Positions 1 through 9,678 of a stretch of 50,342 bases of DNA are shown here, one piece after another. Under the pieces are notes generated by a model. It was not told where the DNA came from. It saw nothing but the letters and a program-made list of their open reading frames with translations, and searched no databases. Both the position numbers and the translations under genes were made by a program. Source of the stretch: Candidatus Altiarchaeota archaeon (GTDB taxonomy: Archaea > Altiarchaeota > Altiarchaeia > IMC4 > SCGC-AAA252-I15); assembly GCA_043813075.1 (NCBI GenBank), contig JBDRLL010000001.1, positions 1 through 50,342 on the forward strand, read 5' to 3'. Within the stretch, counting starts at the first letter, position 1. Every line of letters starts with the position of its first letter.

Positions 1-301
1 CCTTCCTACCCATGCCGCCGGAAGCAAGCGGTCCTCCATCAAGATCCTGCATGACGTCCTGCTCTAGCCTACTGAATCCCCCCTGAAGTGCAGGCATTCC
101 CGCAAGATACCTGAAATAAGCCCCCATAGCCCTCTGAAAACCGGTATCAGTCCCAACAGCAGATTCTATTGCCTTGGCCACAGGACTGTCCTCCCTGAGC
201 CCTACTGGAATCGGTCCGGCCTGCGATGCTGATTGCGCGGCAGCTTGAGCTGCCCTAACAGAATCGGGTTGTTGTCTGGTTAAGTCACTTTGTTGTGCCA
301 T
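1..301 (-). CDS. Hypothetical protein, N-terminal part (runs off the left end of the window)
   Basis: Manual translation from ATG at 301 gives MAQQSDLTRQQPDSVRAAQAAAQSAS..., open to position 1. AGGTGA RBS immediately upstream. Divergent from trpE. Confidence 0.7.
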   Translation of the reverse strand, partial: MAQQSDLTRQQPDSVRAAQAAAQSASQAGPIPVGLREDSPVAKAIESAVGTDTGFQRAMGAYFRYLAGMPALQGGFSRLEQDVMQDLDGGPLASGGMGRK

Positions 302-372
302 GCCATCACCTTTTAGTTTATAATGTGTGTGATAAAATTTTAGAGGTACAAACAAATAAACAAAACATTAAT

Positions 373-428
373 TGAACATTTTTGTACATTTTTGTATTTT
401 TATATGCGTATTTCCTATGTTTTGTTCA
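373..428 (+). promoter_or_regulatory. trp operon promoter with TrpY-like TRP boxes
   Basis: TGAACA(373-378)-N4-TGTACA(383-388)-N4-TGTATT(393-398) abuts the TATA-like TTTTTATATG (397-406). TGTTCA (423-428) lies at the probable leaderless start ATG 428. Confidence 0.65.
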
Positions 429-1822
429 TGGAAGTCTGTCAGACATATCTTAAGATTGGTGAGAAAGACCCTGAGAAGGCATATCAGGCCGTTAAAGGCG
501 AGAACACCTACCTTTTAGAGTCCATAGAGGGTAGCGAGAAGAAGGCTAGATACTCGTTTATAGGGTTTAACCCAGTAGCAAGACTCTCCATGAAAGAGGG
601 GGGGATAGACTACATGACCTTTAACGGAGGCTTCAAGGCGAACGCGTCAGGCAGAACGCCGCTGGAGGTGTTGGAGAGCCTTACCTCCAGCCATAGGGCG
701 GGAGGGCCGCAGCTGGCGAGGTTCAGCGGCGGGTTCGTGGGCTACATCGGGTATGACATGGTCAGGTATCTGATAGAGCTGGAGGGCAGCAGGGATTCTC
801 TGAAGCAGCCGGACTGCGAGTTCGTGCTTACGAAGAACAACATCATATTCGACCACATAAGGGGTGAGACATACCTGATTGAAAACCACTTCACGAACGG
901 GCATGAAGTGGACGTTGAATCATCGATACGGAACCTGGAGGAGATATCAGGGAGGTTTGAGGGAATCGAGTTGGATCTTGAATGTGATGCGTGCGATAAT
1001 GACATGACCGCGAACACGACGAGAAAGGAGTACATGGAGTCTGTGAGAAGGGCGAAGGAGTACATAAGGGAGGGGGACATATTCCAGACCGTGCTTTCAA
1101 TGCGGCTTGAGAAGGATTATCCTGGAGACAAGTTCCAGGCGTACTTGAGGCTTAAGGAGATAAACCCGTCACCATACATGTATTACCTGGACTTCGGGGA
1201 CAGGAAGATAGTCGGCTCCAGCCCGGAGACCCTGGCGAGGGTGGAGAAGAACATCGTGTCGACGTATCCGATAGCTGGGACAAGGCCGAGAGGAAGCACG
1301 CCTGAGGAGGATAAGGTTCTTGAAGACGAGATGCTCGCAGACCCGAAGGAGCGGGCGGAACACCTGATGCTCGTCGACCTGGGGAGGAACGATGTGGGAA
1401 GGGTCGCGGAGTATGGGAGCGTTGAGGTCAGCAAGTTCATGGTGGCAGAGAAATACTCTCACGTGCAGCACATAAGCTCTGAGGTTACCGGCCGGCTGAG
1501 GGAGGACAAGACGATGTTCGACGCCCTAGAGAGCATATTCCCGGCAGGCACCGTATCCGGAGCCCCGAAGGTGAGGGCCATGGAAATCATAGAGGAACTC
1601 GAGCCTGAGAGGAGGGGGATATACGCGGGGTGCATAGGATACTTCTCCTTCAACAGCAACATGGACACCGCCATAGCGATACGCACCATAGTGTTCGAGA
1701 AGGACAATGCCTACGTGCAGGCTGGCGCGGGGATAGTCGCGGACTCGAAGCCGGAGAAGGAGTACGAGGAATGCATGAACAAGGGAAAAGCACTGTTGAA
1801 GACGCTGGGTGATAGAACATGA
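428..1822 (+). CDS. trpE: Anthranilate synthase component I
   Basis: Motifs LLES, NPSPYMY, GSSPE, PIAGTRPRG, EHLMLVDLGRND, FPAGTVSGAPK, QAGAGIVADS. Start moved from the ORF-track TTG 392 to ATG 428, about 25 nt downstream of the TATA box. Confidence 0.97.
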   Translation: MEVCQTYLKIGEKDPEKAYQAVKGENTYLLESIEGSEKKARYSFIGFNPVARLSMKEGGIDYMTFNGGFKANASGRTPLEVLESLTSSHRAGGPQLARFSGGFVGYIGYDMVRYLIELEGSRDSLKQPDCEFVLTKNNIIFDHIRGETYLIENHFTNGHEVDVESSIRNLEEISGRFEGIELDLECDACDNDMTANTTRKEYMESVRRAKEYIREGDIFQTVLSMRLEKDYPGDKFQAYLRLKEINPSPYMYYLDFGDRKIVGSSPETLARVEKNIVSTYPIAGTRPRGSTPEEDKVLEDEMLADPKERAEHLMLVDLGRNDVGRVAEYGSVEVSKFMVAEKYSHVQHISSEVTGRLREDKTMFDALESIFPAGTVSGAPKVRAMEIIEELEPERRGIYAGCIGYFSFNSNMDTAIAIRTIVFEKDNAYVQAGAGIVADSKPEKEYEECMNKGKALLKTLGDRT

Positions 1823-1961
1823 GGACGCTGGTGATATCCACGAACAGAGGGGCCGAGCATCGCGAGGCCGCTCCCGCGTGTGCACGGAGCGAGCCGTGCA
1901 TGAACAAGGGGAAAGCACTGTTGAAGACGCTGGGTGATAGATCATGAGGACGCTGGTGATA
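1772..1961 (+). repeat. 65-bp direct repeat (1772-1836 and 1897-1961, 63/65 identical) flanking a 60-bp GC-rich insert
   Basis: Both copies read tgcatgaacaaggg(a/g)aaagcactgttgaagacgctgggtgataga(a/t)catgaggacgctggtgata, covering the end of trpE and the start of trpG. Confidence 0.95.
1819..1947 (+). CDS. Chimeric 42-aa bridging mini-ORF (TrpG N-terminus + insert + TrpE C-terminus)
   Basis: MRTLVISTNRGAEHREAAPACARSEPCMNKGKALLKTLGDRS*. ATGA overlap with the trpE stop and a second ATGA overlap with the trpG start. Confidence 0.5.
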   Translation: MRTLVISTNRGAEHREAAPACARSEPCMNKGKALLKTLGDRS

Positions 1962-2522
1962 GACAATATTGACTCGTTCGTGTACAACCTGGTGCAGTAT
2001 GTTGGGGTGCAGGGCGGCGAGCCGGTGGTCCTGGACAATAGGACTAGTAAGGATGAGGTCGATGATGCTGTCGCAGGCGTGGACAGGATAATAATCTCGC
2101 CCGGCCCTAAGAGGCCTGAGGACGCGGGAATAAGCAATTACGTTATACAAGAGTATGGGCCTGATATTCCGCTGCTGGGAGTCTGCCTGGGGCACCAGTG
2201 TATCGGCCACGTTTTCGGTGCGGAAGTGAGGCACGCTAAGACTCTTATGCATGGGAAAACAAGTAGGATAATGCACGATGGGAGCGTCCTGTTCGAGGGT
2301 GTCGGAAACCCTTTTGAGGCTACGAGGTATCATTCACTCGTCGTGGACGGGCTCCCTGATTGCCTGGTGAAGACGGCTGACAGCATGGACGACGGCGAAA
2401 TCATGGGTTTGAGGCATAGGGATTACCCGGTATATGGCGTGCAGTTCCACCCGGAGTCGATAATGACTGCGGAGGGCATGAGGATCATAGAGAATTTCCT
2501 GAGTAAGGAGGTGGAGTTATGA
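1944..2522 (+). CDS. trpG: Anthranilate synthase component II (glutamine amidotransferase)
   Basis: IDNIDSFVYNLVQY, ISPGP, LGVCLGHQ, RYHSL, GVQFHPES. Confidence 0.97.
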   Translation: MRTLVIDNIDSFVYNLVQYVGVQGGEPVVLDNRTSKDEVDDAVAGVDRIIISPGPKRPEDAGISNYVIQEYGPDIPLLGVCLGHQCIGHVFGAEVRHAKTLMHGKTSRIMHDGSVLFEGVGNPFEATRYHSLVVDGLPDCLVKTADSMDDGEIMGLRHRDYPVYGVQFHPESIMTAEGMRIIENFLSKEVEL

Positions 2523-3532
2523 AGGAGTACATAAAGAAGGTTTCCGAAGGTGAGAAACTCACGCCGGACGAGGCTGAGGATGCGATGAAGCTGATTATGA
2601 ACGGGGAGTCCACGGACGCGCAGAACGGGGCTTTCCTGACTGCATTGAAGATAAAGGGTGAGTCCCCGGAGGAGATAGCCGCTTTCGCGAAGGTCATGAG
2701 GGAGTACGCCACCAAGATCAACCCGAAAGTGAAGGGCAGGCTGGTGGACGTGTGCGGGACCGGCGGGGACCACAAGCACACGATAAACATATCGACGACG
2801 TCCATGTTCATAGTCGCCGGCGCGGGGGTTAATGTGGCGAAACACGGGAACCGTTCCATAACATCCAAGAGCGGGAGCGCAGACCTGCTGGAGGCCCTGG
2901 GAGCGAGAATCGAGCTGGAGCCGGAGATGATAGAGAAGTGTATTGAGGACATAGGACTGGGCTTCATGTTCGCCCCCAAACACCATCCTGCGATGAAGCA
3001 TGTGATGCCTGCGAGAAAGCAGATAGGCATAAGGACGGTGTTCAACATACTTGGTCCGCTCACCAACCCGGCGAACGCGCAGGCCCAGCTGATGGGCGTG
3101 TTCGACCCTACGCTCACAGACAGGATTGCTGAAGTCTTCAGGATACTCGGGTCAGAGCAGGCGATAATAGTGAACGGGGAGCCTGGGCTGGACGAGCTGA
3201 GCACCATCGGGAGGACGCGGGTGTCGGAGCTGAAGGACGGGGTGATAGAGAGTTACAGGATAACCCCCGAGGAACTTGGTCTGAAGAAGGCGAGCATAGG
3301 GGACATAACAGGCAGCACGCCGGAGGAGAACGCGAAGATAACTGGGGAGATACTGTCCGGTAAGGAGAACGGCGCTAAGACAGACATAGTGATGCTCAAC
3401 GCGGCCGGCGGGATTATCGTGGGCGGGAAAGCAGGGGACTTCAAGGAGGGGCTTGACGTTGCGAGAGAAGCCATAGAATCCGGGAAAGCCCTTGAAAAGC
3501 TCGAGGAGTTTATAGAGTACACGAACAGATGA
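2519..3532 (+). CDS. trpD: Anthranilate phosphoribosyltransferase
   Basis: DVCGTGGD, NIST, KHGNRSITSKSGSAD, RTVFNILGPLTNP, GLDE. Confidence 0.97.
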   Translation: MKEYIKKVSEGEKLTPDEAEDAMKLIMNGESTDAQNGAFLTALKIKGESPEEIAAFAKVMREYATKINPKVKGRLVDVCGTGGDHKHTINISTTSMFIVAGAGVNVAKHGNRSITSKSGSADLLEALGARIELEPEMIEKCIEDIGLGFMFAPKHHPAMKHVMPARKQIGIRTVFNILGPLTNPANAQAQLMGVFDPTLTDRIAEVFRILGSEQAIIVNGEPGLDELSTIGRTRVSELKDGVIESYRITPEELGLKKASIGDITGSTPEENAKITGEILSGKENGAKTDIVMLNAAGGIIVGGKAGDFKEGLDVAREAIESGKALEKLEEFIEYTNR

Positions 3533-4245
3533 CAGACTTTCTAGACCAATTCAGGAGGAAGCTTGAACGCAGGAGGCGGCTGAGCCTAGCGAAGGCCATA
3601 GAGTCTTCAAAGGGTATTGCGTTGATAGCGGAGGTTAAGAAGAAGAGCCCCAGCCATGGTGACATACGAGGCCTAGACCCCTATGAGACTGCGAGGATAA
3701 TGGAGTCTTCGGGTGCGGACGCCATATCGGTCCTCACTGAGGAGAAGCATTTCGGGGGGAGCCTGGAGGACTTAAGGAGGGTGAGCGACGCCGTCAAGAT
3801 ACCTGTCATGAGGAAGGACTTCATTACGGACGTGCAGGGGCTTTGCGAGGCGGTCGCCTACGGTGCTGACGCGGTGCTTTTGATAGCGGGGCTGTTGGAG
3901 TCCAATACGAGAGACTTCGTTGAGGAGGCGCATAGGATTGGTCTTGAATGCCTGGTGGAAGTCCACGACAGCAAGGAGCTGGACTACGCCTTAGACTCTA
4001 CCGCGAGGATGATTGGCGTGAACAACCGTGACCTTAAGACACTCAGGACAGACTTGAGGAACTGTGAGAGGATAATACCCTTGATACCTGAAGGCAGGCT
4101 GGTGGTGGCGGAGAGCGGAATCCACACGATAGAAGACGTTGAGAGGATGGCTAAGGCCGGTGCGGACGCCATACTAGTCGGCACTTCAATCATGAAGTCT
4201 AAGGACATCGCAGCCAAGGTAAGTGAACTGAAAAATGCTGGTTAA
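3529..4245 (+). CDS. trpC: Indole-3-glycerol phosphate synthase
   Basis: IAEVKKKSPS, ISVLTE, RKDFI, LVEVH, IGVNNRDL, AESGI. Confidence 0.96.
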   Translation: MTDFLDQFRRKLERRRRLSLAKAIESSKGIALIAEVKKKSPSHGDIRGLDPYETARIMESSGADAISVLTEEKHFGGSLEDLRRVSDAVKIPVMRKDFITDVQGLCEAVAYGADAVLLIAGLLESNTRDFVEEAHRIGLECLVEVHDSKELDYALDSTARMIGVNNRDLKTLRTDLRNCERIIPLIPEGRLVVAESGIHTIEDVERMAKAGADAILVGTSIMKSKDIAAKVSELKNAG

Positions 4246-4879
4246 AGTCTGTGGGATAACACGGCCAGAGGATGCTGTCATGATAGTGGAGAACGGGGCG
4301 AGTGGCGTGGGCGTGATAATAGACGTGCCAGTGGAGACTCCCAGGAAAATAACTGTGGAGAAAGCGTTGAGGATAAAAAAAGCCTTGGAGTACGTGCCCC
4401 ACAACCTTATCGCAGTGATGATGTACGAGAAGCCGGACGACGTGCTGAAGACCTATGGGGAACTGAGGCCGCACGGGATACAGCTCCATGGGGGTGAGAG
4501 CCCTGAGTTCGTGAGGGAGGTGAATGAGAATGTGGAGGGCTTCATAATCAAGACCATACACGCGACACAGGAGATTGACTTCGATTACGTTAAGGCTGTC
4601 TCTGAATACGCTGACATGATGCTTGTGGACACGATGGTGGGGGGCAAGGTTGGTGGCACTGGGGAAGTGCACGACATGAGCATAGACGCCAGGGTCAGGG
4701 AGGTCACTGGAAAGCCATTGATGATATCAGGTGGTTTGAACGCGGCAAACATAAAGGCTGCGCTCGTCAAGGTCAGGCCTCACGCGGTTGACGTCTGCAG
4801 TGGAGTGGAGTCGAGTCCGGGAGTCAAGGACCCTGAGAAACTGAAGCAGTTCATGGAGATAGTGAATGAAACAGGATAA
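4235..4879 (+). CDS. trpF: Phosphoribosylanthranilate isomerase
   Basis: [32 protein letters not shown]. Confidence 0.96.
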   Translation: MLVKVCGITRPEDAVMIVENGASGVGVIIDVPVETPRKITVEKALRIKKALEYVPHNLIAVMMYEKPDDVLKTYGELRPHGIQLHGGESPEFVREVNENVEGFIIKTIHATQEIDFDYVKAVSEYADMMLVDTMVGGKVGGTGEVHDMSIDARVREVTGKPLMISGGLNAANIKAALVKVRPHAVDVCSGVESSPGVKDPEKLKQFMEIVNETG

Positions 4880-6044
4880 CGGGAAGTTCGGATTGTATGG
4901 GGGGCAGTACGCTCCCGAGATACTTATGCCAGCACTCGAAGAGCTGGAGAAAGCATTCCGGAAGCACATTGCGGATGACGGCTTCAACAGGGAGTTGGGG
5001 GAGTACTTGAAGGAGTTCGGCGGCAGGCCGACGCCACTGTATCTCGCCAGGAACCTTTCGGGGGAGTATGGGGTGAGGTTCTACTTGAAGAGGGAGGATC
5101 TGTTGCACGGCGGCGCACACAAGTTCAACAACACGCTGGGGCAGGTGCTGCTCGCAAAAAAGATGGGGAAGAGGAGGATTATAGCCGAGACGGGGGCTGG
5201 ACAGCATGGTGTGGCCACCGCTATCGCCGCCTCATGCCTTGGGCTGGAGTGCGAGGTCTACATGGGTGAGGAGGATATTGAACGCCAGCGGCTGAACGTG
5301 TTCAGGATGGGGTTGATGGGCACCAGGGTCATCCCAGTTAAGTCCGGGTCCAGGACGCTGAAGGACGCGATAAACGAGGCCATGAGGGACTGGCTTGCTA
5401 ACGTGAACGACACCTTCTACTGCATAGGGAGTGTTGTGGGCCCGCACCCGTATCCTACGATGGTGAGGGAGTTCCAGAGGGTCATAGGCATGGAAATCAA
5501 GGAGCAGTCTATGGTGAAGGAGGGGAGGCTTCCGGACGCGATAATCGCGTGTGTTGGGGGAGGCAGCAATGCCATGGGCTCTTTCACAGACTTCATAGAC
5601 GCTGACGTGAGGCTGATAGGCGTTGAGGCTGGCGGTAAGGGCGTTGACACTAAAGAGCATGGGGCCACGCTGTCTAAGGGCACTGACGGAGTCTTGCACG
5701 GCATGTACAGTAAGCTGCTGCAGGACAAGTACGGTCAGATACAGACGTCCTACAGCATTTCAGCAGGACTCGACTATCCTGGAGTCGGCCCGCAATTATC
5801 ATACCTCAAGGAGTCCGGGAGGATGGAGGTCGCGTCTGCAACGGACGGCGAGACTATGGACGCGGTCAAGAAGCTCTGCGAGACTGAGGGGATACTGCCT
5901 GCACTGGAGTCGGCGCACGCCCTAGCCCACTCGTTCAAGGTGGCGGGAGAGATGGAGGATGACGCATTCCTAGTTGTCACGGTGTCGGGCAGGGGGGATA
6001 AGGACGTGCACACGATAGCGGAATACTCGGGGGTTGACTTATGA
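4866..6044 (+). CDS. trpB: Tryptophan synthase beta chain (TrpB1)
   Basis: [20 protein letters not shown] (PLP lysine), [34 protein letters not shown]. Confidence 0.98.
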   Translation: MKQDNGKFGLYGGQYAPEILMPALEELEKAFRKHIADDGFNRELGEYLKEFGGRPTPLYLARNLSGEYGVRFYLKREDLLHGGAHKFNNTLGQVLLAKKMGKRRIIAETGAGQHGVATAIAASCLGLECEVYMGEEDIERQRLNVFRMGLMGTRVIPVKSGSRTLKDAINEAMRDWLANVNDTFYCIGSVVGPHPYPTMVREFQRVIGMEIKEQSMVKEGRLPDAIIACVGGGSNAMGSFTDFIDADVRLIGVEAGGKGVDTKEHGATLSKGTDGVLHGMYSKLLQDKYGQIQTSYSISAGLDYPGVGPQLSYLKESGRMEVASATDGETMDAVKKLCETEGILPALESAHALAHSFKVAGEMEDDAFLVVTVSGRGDKDVHTIAEYSGVDL

Positions 6045-6817
6045 GGCTGGAGGAGAAATTCAGTGAGCTGGAGAAAAAGGGGGAGAAGGGGCTCATAGGG
6101 TTCGTGGTCGCCGGGGACCCGGGCTTTGAAGAGTCTTTTGAAACAGCCTGCAGTGTGATAGAGGCAGGAGTGGACGTGCTGGAGATAGGCCTGCCTTTCT
6201 CAGACCCCATAGCCGACGGGCCGACGATACAGGCTGCTGGGAAGAGGGCGCTGGACGCTGGCATGAACACGGACAGGTACTTCGAGCTGGCCGGCAGGAT
6301 AAGCGGGGAGTATGACGTCCCACTGGTGTGTCTGACGTATTATAATCTTGTACTACAATATGGCCTCGGCAGGTTCGCGGAATCCTGCAGCAGGACGGGT
6401 GTCGGCGGAATCATCATCCCTGACCTGCCTGTCGAGGAGGCAGGCCCGCTACTCAGAGAGTGCCGTAGGAGTGGAGTTGAATTCATATTCCTGGTGGCTG
6501 AGACAACTACAGACGAGCGGATGAGTAGGATACTTGAGGAGGCATCCGGGTTCGTGTACATAGTCGCCTTGTTAGGCACTACAGGGGCTAGGGAAAGCCT
6601 TTCCGCAAAGCTGAAGCCGCTTGTCGCCAGGATAAGACGCATGACCAGCCTGCCTTTGGCTGTGGGCTTTGGCATATCGAAGCCAGAGCATGTTAGAGAA
6701 GTCCTGTCCTATGGGGCGGATGCTGCGATAGTCGGCAGCGCGATAGTGAAACTGGTTGAAGAAGGCAAGGATGTCTCAGACTACGTGAAGTCGCTGAAGA
6801 AGGAGACTAGAGGGTAA
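6041..6817 (+). CDS. trpA: Tryptophan synthase alpha chain
   Basis: [36 protein letters not shown]. Confidence 0.98.
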   Translation: MRLEEKFSELEKKGEKGLIGFVVAGDPGFEESFETACSVIEAGVDVLEIGLPFSDPIADGPTIQAAGKRALDAGMNTDRYFELAGRISGEYDVPLVCLTYYNLVLQYGLGRFAESCSRTGVGGIIIPDLPVEEAGPLLRECRRSGVEFIFLVAETTTDERMSRILEEASGFVYIVALLGTTGARESLSAKLKPLVARIRRMTSLPLAVGFGISKPEHVREVLSYGADAAIVGSAIVKLVEEGKDVSDYVKSLKKETRG

Positions 6818-6851
6818 AAAGAATATGGGTGGAGTGATATCGCACTCCGGC

Positions 6852-7121
6852 TTATTCTGCAGGCTTCCCTATCCACGCCGGCATCTCAGACATCACGTCG
6901 TCGATGATCTTCTCGGCGTCCTCCCGCTTCTCCACCTTCTCGCCGTAATTATCCTCGCCAGCCGGACTCATCAGGAACTTTATCAGGTTCTCCCTGACCT
7001 TATCCCTAGGCAGCAGATTACCCTTCGCGTCAGTGCAGTGAACGCAATACTTGCCCCCGACCTTGCCTCCGCCATAGTCCCCGGGAGCCTCCATCGGCAT
7101 CCCACAACTCTCGCAAATCAT
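6852..7121 (-). CDS. Small zinc-ribbon protein (CxSCGMP...YCxxC family)
   Basis: MICESCGMPM...KYCVHC. GGAGG RBS upstream. Confidence 0.8.
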   Translation of the reverse strand: MICESCGMPMEAPGDYGGGKVGGKYCVHCTDAKGNLLPRDKVRENLIKFLMSPAGEDNYGEKVEKREDAEKIIDDVMSEMPAWIGKPAE

Positions 7122-7225
7122 GATAAAAAACCTCCAGGATTTCTACGTCAAGAATATTGAAGAAACACATTAAAAAAAGAGAGAAAAGCATATTTTAGCG
7201 TAAACTACGTAGAATATGATATAGG

Positions 7226-8170
7226 ATGACACAACCCATAAGTCCGATAGAGACTGGGAGACACACTCCCCCCGGGATGACTGAGATAAACCCGGCATTC
7301 CTTCCGGAAAACATAGCCTCAGGAGTGACTGACCCCAAATACAAAGAAAACATAGGCAGGATAGTGGAAACCCTGAGTAGGATATCAGACGACAAGGCAC
7401 TGCACGGACTACTCAAGAGACACCCCCAGGAGGGGACAGTGACCATCAAAAGCGGCCACACTTACTCGTCAGACGCCTTCGAACTTCAGATGGCCGCGGA
7501 CAGGAAAGAACCCTTCGTCGAGATTGCGGTGGAATACGTTTCAGGCGATGGGAGAACAGCGGACGTGGGATTCGATAAAGCAGCGATGCTTATGGCGTCA
7601 AACAGGATACACTGGTATCACGTTGAGGAAGCAGTCAGACATAGGAAGAGGCAGATGGTCGCGAGAGAGATGAAGCCCAGATACGAGGCGGTCATAGAAG
7701 CCTACGACCCTGGCGCCCAGGCAAACGAGAGGAAGAAATCCATGATGGACTACCTGGACGTCCTGTCGACTGACCGGAACCTGTATGACCTGCTCACAGA
7801 GCCGACATTAAGCGGCCCAAAACAGGAGGGCGGGGAGCCAGGGTGGAGTAGGATGACTGTGGAATTCAGGCACCCTGAGAACTGGCCGTCATACACTATG
7901 CACATAACCCCGAGGAAGGATGTTCCAGCGGGTGATGAGAGGCTGCTTGACATAAGGTTCCTGAGGACTGATGAGGATGGGGGCGCGAGTAAGCCGAGGA
8001 TGAGGGAGTTCGACTCTAGAGAGCAGGCTGTGGTGGAGATCATGAACGCGACTGGCGTGAACCTGCTGTCATTCAAGGAGAGGGTGGATGGGAGATGGCA
8101 TGAGAAGTGGCAGGGGTATGAGCAGTTCATACGCCAGAGAGAGATGAAGGATATACCAGGCCTCAATTAG
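7226..8170 (+). CDS. Hypothetical protein with a probable internal duplication
   Basis: 314-aa ORF with genome-like codon usage and no recognised family. LSRISDDKALHGLL resembles LDVLSTDRNLYDLL. Confidence 0.75.
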   Translation: MTQPISPIETGRHTPPGMTEINPAFLPENIASGVTDPKYKENIGRIVETLSRISDDKALHGLLKRHPQEGTVTIKSGHTYSSDAFELQMAADRKEPFVEIAVEYVSGDGRTADVGFDKAAMLMASNRIHWYHVEEAVRHRKRQMVAREMKPRYEAVIEAYDPGAQANERKKSMMDYLDVLSTDRNLYDLLTEPTLSGPKQEGGEPGWSRMTVEFRHPENWPSYTMHITPRKDVPAGDERLLDIRFLRTDEDGGASKPRMREFDSREQAVVEIMNATGVNLLSFKERVDGRWHEKWQGYEQFIRQREMKDIPGLN

Positions 8171-8257
8171 ACACGAGCAACCGACAACCCCCCCTTATTT
8201 TAAAGCATTACTAGTAATATTATCTCCAAACAACCAATTGGGGGGGTGTGATAAAAC

Positions 8258-9628
8258 ATGACTGACACTAAGATTTTCCTGGATGAGAACGAGATACCTA
8301 AGAAGTGGTACAACATAAACGCAGACCTGCCGAAGCCATTGGATCCGCCGCTGCACCCGGTGACGCTGAAGCCGATCAGCCCGCAGGACCTGGCTCCATT
8401 ATTCCCTATGGAGCTGATAAAGCAGGAGATGAGTCCAGAACGATGGATAGGCATACCGGATGAAGTCAGGGACGTTTACAGGATATGGAGGCCGTCGCCG
8501 TTATACAGGGCAACACGCCTGGAGAAGGCGTTGGGCACTCCAGCCAGGATTTACTACAAGTGGGAGGGAGTCTCCCCACCGGGGAGTCACAAGCCCAACA
8601 CCGCCGTAGCCCAGGCATACTACAACATGAAGGAAGGCACTGAGAGGCTGTCCACTGAGACTGGCGCAGGCCAGTGGGGTTCTTCCATATCATTCGCAGC
8701 CAAGATATTCGGGCTTGAATGCATGGTCTACATGGTGAAATGCAGTTACGAGCAGAAGCCATACAGGCGCATCATGATGGAGACTTGGGGCGCTAAGGTG
8801 GAGCCCAGCCCCAGCAACCTCACTGAATGCGGTAGGGCCATACTCGACAAGGACCCGGACTGCCCCGGCAGCCTGGGCATAGCGATAAGCGAGGCTGTTG
8901 AAGACGCGGTTAAGCACGATAACACACACTACAGCCTGGGCAGCGTCCTCAACCACGTCTGCATGCACCAGAGCGTCGTAGGACTGGAGACTAAGGAACA
9001 GTTGAAGAAAGCGGGTGAGGAGAAGGCGGACGTTGTGATAGGATGCGTCGGCGGGGGGAGCAACTTCTCTGGAATGGCATTCCCGTTCACTATGGACAAG
9101 CTGAAGGGAAAGAACAAGGAGCTGGACATAGTGGCTGTCGAGCCGATGGCCTGTCCGACACTGACTAAGGGAGTATACGCCTACGACTTCGGGGACACCG
9201 CGAGGATGGCGCCGATAGTGAAGATGTACACGCTAGGCCACGACTTCATCCCGCAGCCGATACACGCTGGAGGCCTGAGGTACCACGGGGACGCGCCGCA
9301 ACTATCCCTCCTGGTGAAGGAGGGTGTCATACGGGCTGAGGCATACCATCAGATAGAATGCTTCGAGGCTGCGAAACTCTTCGCGGAGACTGAGGGATAC
9401 ATCGTGGCGCCTGAGACGTCGCACGCCGTCAAGGCTGCGATAGAGGCTGCGTTGAAGTGCAAGAAGTCTGGTGAGGAGAAGGTGATAGTCTTCAACAACA
9501 GCGGTCACGGGCACTTTGACCTGGGTTCCTACGATGCGTTCCTCCAGGGCAAGCTGGTGGACTACGAGTATCCCGCAGACCTGATAAAGCAGAGTCTTGA
9601 GGGACTGCCGAAGGTTGATGGACAGTAA
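8258..9628 (+). CDS. trpB2: TrpB2-type tryptophan synthase beta (TrpB-like PLP enzyme)
   Basis: [64 protein letters not shown]. Confidence 0.95.
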   Translation: MTDTKIFLDENEIPKKWYNINADLPKPLDPPLHPVTLKPISPQDLAPLFPMELIKQEMSPERWIGIPDEVRDVYRIWRPSPLYRATRLEKALGTPARIYYKWEGVSPPGSHKPNTAVAQAYYNMKEGTERLSTETGAGQWGSSISFAAKIFGLECMVYMVKCSYEQKPYRRIMMETWGAKVEPSPSNLTECGRAILDKDPDCPGSLGIAISEAVEDAVKHDNTHYSLGSVLNHVCMHQSVVGLETKEQLKKAGEEKADVVIGCVGGGSNFSGMAFPFTMDKLKGKNKELDIVAVEPMACPTLTKGVYAYDFGDTARMAPIVKMYTLGHDFIPQPIHAGGLRYHGDAPQLSLLVKEGVIRAEAYHQIECFEAAKLFAETEGYIVAPETSHAVKAAIEAALKCKKSGEEKVIVFNNSGHGHFDLGSYDAFLQGKLVDYEYPADLIKQSLEGLPKVDGQ

Positions 9629-9640
9629 TCCTCAACCATC

Positions 9641-9661
9641 TTTCTTTATTTTTTCCTGTTT
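9641..9661 (+). terminator. Possible oligo-T archaeal terminator after trpB2
   Basis: T-rich tract tttctttattttttcctgttt 13 nt after the stop codon. Confidence 0.4.
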
Positions 9662-9678
9662 AATCCAATAGTAGTCAG

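Noticed and set aside
392-427. ORF-track N-terminal extension of trpE (MYFYMRISYVLF)
   Set aside because: It overlaps the TATA box and TRP boxes. ATG 428 fits promoter spacing better.
1819-1947. Classic trp attenuator leader peptide
   Set aside because: No Trp codons, no U-tract terminator hairpin, and it lies after trpE rather than before it.
1772-1961. Repeat-spacer-repeat read as a mini CRISPR array
   Set aside because: The repeats are 65 bp and are coding sequence of trpE/trpG, there are only two copies, and no cas genes are present.
8188-8246. C7 and G7 runs and the ATTACTAGTAAT palindrome upstream of trpB2 as an RNA switch
   Set aside because: The C-run lies upstream of the likely TATA box and the pairing is low-complexity. 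No supporting structure.
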